From sequence record DRR723986_6745: a DNA stretch of 20,000 nucleotides, one strand, 5' to 3'. A program made the translations under genes and the position numbers. Under the pieces are notes generated by a model that saw only the letters and a program-made list of their open reading frames with translations, was not told where the DNA came from and did not search any database. This document shows, in pieces, positions 17,211 through 20,000 of this stretch. How positions within the stretch are numbered: position 1 is the first letter of the stretch; each line of letters starts with the position of its first letter.

Positions 17211-17906
17211 CTAAAAATACTCCAAAATCCCCTTAGCGATTAGGGCATGGCCTTTTTCGTTTGGGTGATTTCCTTGGGACATTAAGTTAGGTAAACTATC
17301 TCCAGAGGCCACTTCCTTTTTGAAAAGTTCATAGCTATCGACTAAGCCGATATTATATTTCTTAGAAAGTTGACGAATCTGATTTGAATGCTGATCCAAA
17401 ATGGTGTTATCTTCTTTCAGATCTAGTTTTTGATCAGGAGAAGGTGTCAATAGGATGATTTTAATGTCCTTTTTCAGCGCTTTTTGGATCATTGATTCCC
17501 AGGCTATTTTTGCACTATCAAGTCCGATCCTTCTGTCATTTAGCGCATAGTCGATAAAGAGCACGTCAGGTTTGTGAGTTAGCACATCTGACTCAAAGCG
17601 GAGAGAACCAGATTTGGAGTCTTCACCCCCAATGGCAGTATTGATCAAGTTAATTACCGCAAATGGATACAGAGCAGTGATTTCCTTGTAGGCTAAAAAT
17701 GGATAGGATTCCAGTGTATTCACAACTGGAGTTTTGAAATAACCTGATGACACAGAGTGTCCATGAAAAACCAAATTAACCGTTCTGTTGCCGGGCCATT
17801 TTTTTTGAAGCTCGGTTTTCACCTCACGCAAATATTCAGATTTATCCTCACTGTCTTGAAAAGGTAAGAGTAGGATTGAAAGCAGGAATATGTAAAAAAG
17901 CTTCAT
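17211..17906 (-). CDS. Secreted SGNH/GDSL-family esterase
   Basis: Block I FHGHSVS, block II AIGGE, block III YALND and block V QGNHPNEKGH, with a hydrophobic N-terminus. Confidence 0.85.
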   Translation of the reverse strand: MKLFYIFLLSILLLPFQDSEDKSEYLREVKTELQKKWPGNRTVNLVFHGHSVSSGYFKTPVVNTLESYPFLAYKEITALYPFAVINLINTAIGGEDSKSGSLRFESDVLTHKPDVLFIDYALNDRRIGLDSAKIAWESMIQKALKKDIKIILLTPSPDQKLDLKEDNTILDQHSNQIRQLSKKYNIGLVDSYELFKKEVASGDSLPNLMSQGNHPNEKGHALIAKGILEYF

Positions 17907-18060
17907 TAGGATTAGGATTGAATTGTTTTTTGAGAAAGTAATTTAGTAAGGTTCTTTTGGAAGCGCTGTCTTTTTTGATTGATGGAAATACTGTTATTCC
18001 AAATAAAATTAGGATGCGACAGGATACCTAAGTAGACCTTTTCTCTCTATTTTAGAATCT

Positions 18061-19455
18061 ATGGAAAATAAGCTAACCCTTCAAAAATTCATTTTTTGCC
18101 TCTTTATACTACTTAATACCACAGCTTTTGCACAGCAGGGAAAACCCAATATCATCTTTATTCTTACGGATGATCAGCGTTGGGATGCTTTAGGTTTTTC
18201 TGGAAATGAGATCATCCAAACTCCGGAAATGGACAAATTGGCGGCAGAAGGAGTTTACTTTAAAAATGCCTTTGTCACGACTCCAATTTGCGCAACCAGT
18301 AGAGCAAGTGTTTTAACTGGACTTTATGAGAGGACGCATGGCTATACTTTTGGTCAGGAGCTAAATGAAGGATATGCTCAGAATTCCTATCCGGCTCATT
18401 TGAAAAAGTTAGGCTATGAAACCGGTTTTTTTGGAAAGTTTGGAGTGAATTACCCAGGGTTCTCGAAGCTTTTTGACGTGAGTGATAGTTACGATAGAAA
18501 TGGGAAATTTGCTGATCGACGTGGGTATTTCTATAAAACTATCGATGGGGATACTGTTCATCTGACAAAGTACACTTCCCACCAAGCTCAGGAATTTATC
18601 AAGAATCAATCTGCAGATAAACCATTTATGCTTTCACTGAGTTTCTCTGCTCCGCATGCTCATGATCCCGCAGAAGAGCAATATTTCTGGTCTACGGATG
18701 TGGATGATTTATATACTGATGTCAAGTTTCCCAAGCCGCTTTTATCAAAGGAAAAATACTTTGATCAGCAGCCAGAATATGTAAAAACAGGGGAGAATCG
18801 TACACGCTGGTATTGGAGATATGATACTCAGGAGAAATATCAGAAGAGTATGAAGGGCTATTACCGAATGATCTCTGAAGTAGACCTGGAAATCGGGAAA
18901 ATCCGCAAGACGCTAGCCGAAAAAGGCATGGATAAAAACACGGTAATCATCTTTATGGGTGATAACGGCTACTTCCAGGGCGAGCGTCAACTTGCAGGGA
19001 AATGGCTGATGTATGATAATTCACTGCGCGTGCCTATGATTATCTATGACCCAAGAAATCCTGGACATAGAGTGATTTCTGACTTTGCGTTGAACATTGA
19101 TATCGCGCCCACTGTGCTTGAGTTTGCAAATGGAAAAATACCAGAAGAGTATCAGGGGATAAGCTTGGCTGATTATGTAATTGGAGATAATCCAGGTATC
19201 CAGCGAAAGGAATTTATAGCAGAGCACCTATGGAAAGTCAATATCATTGCGGCCAGTGAAGGGATCAGAACCAAGGATTGGAAATATTTCCGATATCAGG
19301 ATGACTTGGCTCACGAAGAGTTGTATGATCTGAACAAAGATCCTTTAGAGAAAAAGAATTTAGCTGGAAAGAAAGGCTATGAAAATACGCTTATTAAAAT
19401 GCGGGAAATTTTTAATAATACTGTGAAAAGGCTGGAAGCGGAGAAGATTAATTAG
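18061..19455 (+). CDS. Secreted Cys-type (S1) sulfatase
   Basis: PNIIFILTDDQRWD, signature CATSRASVLTG, GYETGFFGK, FSAPH, GDNG, GKW.MYD.SLRVP, NIDIAPT and ELYDL.KDP.E. The signal peptide ends AFA|QQ. Confidence 0.93.
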   Translation: MENKLTLQKFIFCLFILLNTTAFAQQGKPNIIFILTDDQRWDALGFSGNEIIQTPEMDKLAAEGVYFKNAFVTTPICATSRASVLTGLYERTHGYTFGQELNEGYAQNSYPAHLKKLGYETGFFGKFGVNYPGFSKLFDVSDSYDRNGKFADRRGYFYKTIDGDTVHLTKYTSHQAQEFIKNQSADKPFMLSLSFSAPHAHDPAEEQYFWSTDVDDLYTDVKFPKPLLSKEKYFDQQPEYVKTGENRTRWYWRYDTQEKYQKSMKGYYRMISEVDLEIGKIRKTLAEKGMDKNTVIIFMGDNGYFQGERQLAGKWLMYDNSLRVPMIIYDPRNPGHRVISDFALNIDIAPTVLEFANGKIPEEYQGISLADYVIGDNPGIQRKEFIAEHLWKVNIIAASEGIRTKDWKYFRYQDDLAHEELYDLNKDPLEKKNLAGKKGYENTLIKMREIFNNTVKRLEAEKIN

Positions 19456-19457
19456 TC

Positions 19458-19537
19458 AACAGTGAACAGTCGCAGTTTGCAGAACACTAAGACTGAACAC
19501 TGAGACTGAACACTGAAATCTGACCACAGATCACTGA
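19458..19537. repeat. CAGT/ACTG short-unit repeat tract between convergent genes (fold-back capable)
   Basis: 13-nt units GAACACTAAGACT, GAACACTGAGACT and GAACACTGAAATCT (19482-19521) are preceded by inverted-orientation units (CAGTGAA CAGTCG CAGTTTG CAG). CAGTCGCAGT is 9/10 complementary to ACTGAGACTG. Confidence 0.75.
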
Positions 19538-19540
19538 GCC

Positions 19541-19876
19541 CTACTTCTCCGTCAAAGCCTCCCCTTCAAATTTGACCCCATCCCAGCCGGATTGCATAAA
19601 GTTGCGGATGTTTTGATGATCTGTTCCTTCTGGATTTCTTATTACATCTTTTTTATAATAATCACCAAAAAGTGCCAGCGTTTGATCTTGGGTAAGGTTA
19701 TGGAGGTTTGCAAAGGAGAAAATCTTGCAGCTTCCATTGTTTTGTCCAGCTTCGTTTACCGTGTTTCCATTGGTAAAGCGGGTTGGAGTGAAATTGAAAT
19801 TTGTGTCGATATATGCGATGACATCTTCAAAGGCAATTGTATCCGGATTCGAGGTGATTTGGTTTAGTAAATTCAT
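19541..19876 (-). CDS. HopJ-family protein (function unknown)
   Basis: F..VIAYID..F.FTPT.F.NG...N.AGQNNGSCKIFSFA, L.LFGDYY.DV...PEGTDHQNIRNFM..GW.GV.FEG.AL. Confidence 0.9.
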   Translation of the reverse strand: MNLLNQITSNPDTIAFEDVIAYIDTNFNFTPTRFTNGNTVNEAGQNNGSCKIFSFANLHNLTQDQTLALFGDYYKKDVIRNPEGTDHQNIRNFMQSGWDGVKFEGEALTEK

Positions 19877-19920
19877 GAGGTAATATTAGTTAAATGAGTA
19901 CTCTCTCTTTTAATTTATTT

Positions 19921-19961
19921 AAAAATAAATGGGCCAAAAGGAACTCAATCCCTCTGACCCA
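19921..19961 (-). terminator. Rho-independent terminator for a minus-strand gene beyond the window
   Basis: The minus strand reads TGGGTCAGAGGGA-TTGAGT-TCCTTTTGGCCCA-TTTATTTTT. All 13 stem positions pair (3 are G-U) only in this orientation. Confidence 0.75.
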
Positions 19962-19970
19962 AATATTCTT

Positions 19971-20000
19971 AACTGCCAACTGCCAACTGCCAACTGCCAA
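19971..20000. repeat. Heptamer tandem repeat (AACTGCC)n, running off the window end
   Basis: AACTGCC occurs four times, followed by AA, with perfect copies. Confidence 0.9.

Noticed and set aside
19458..20000. CRISPR array
   Set aside because: The units are 6-13 nt and contiguous, with no unique spacers and no cas genes.

Overview
This is a chromosomal window of about 40% GC from a Bacteroidota bacterium. The style suggests Cyclobacteriaceae or Algoriphagus (inference from TAnnTTTG promoter boxes, A-rich start contexts without a Shine-Dalgarno, and many signal peptides cleaving before Gln). Left part: a heavy-metal efflux locus with a 5'-truncated OmpR-type regulator, a sensor kinase, a CzcA/CusA RND pump fused to a C-terminal TolC-like domain, a membrane-fusion protein and a strong terminator. 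Next come a secreted alkaline-phosphatase-superfamily enzyme, an intergenic stretch of degenerate REP-like palindromes, a small lipoprotein, a Cys-type sulfatase and a small membrane protein. A co-oriented run follows: DUF3050 (heme-oxygenase-like), GNAT, PqqB-like MBL lipoprotein and two DUF1801/YdeI genes. The right end holds three secreted SGNH-type esterases divergent from a second sulfatase, a HopJ-family gene and short tandem-repeat tracts. I saw no CRISPR array, rRNA, tRNA, transposase or phage genes. The most notable points are an apparent internal signal peptide that could split the RND-TolC fusion into two proteins, 11-bp-phased TTAAG repeats upstream of the pump, the DUF3050/GNAT/PqqB-like neighbourhood, and a structured 3' region downstream of the efflux operon. 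All family calls come from motif recognition only, with no database search.
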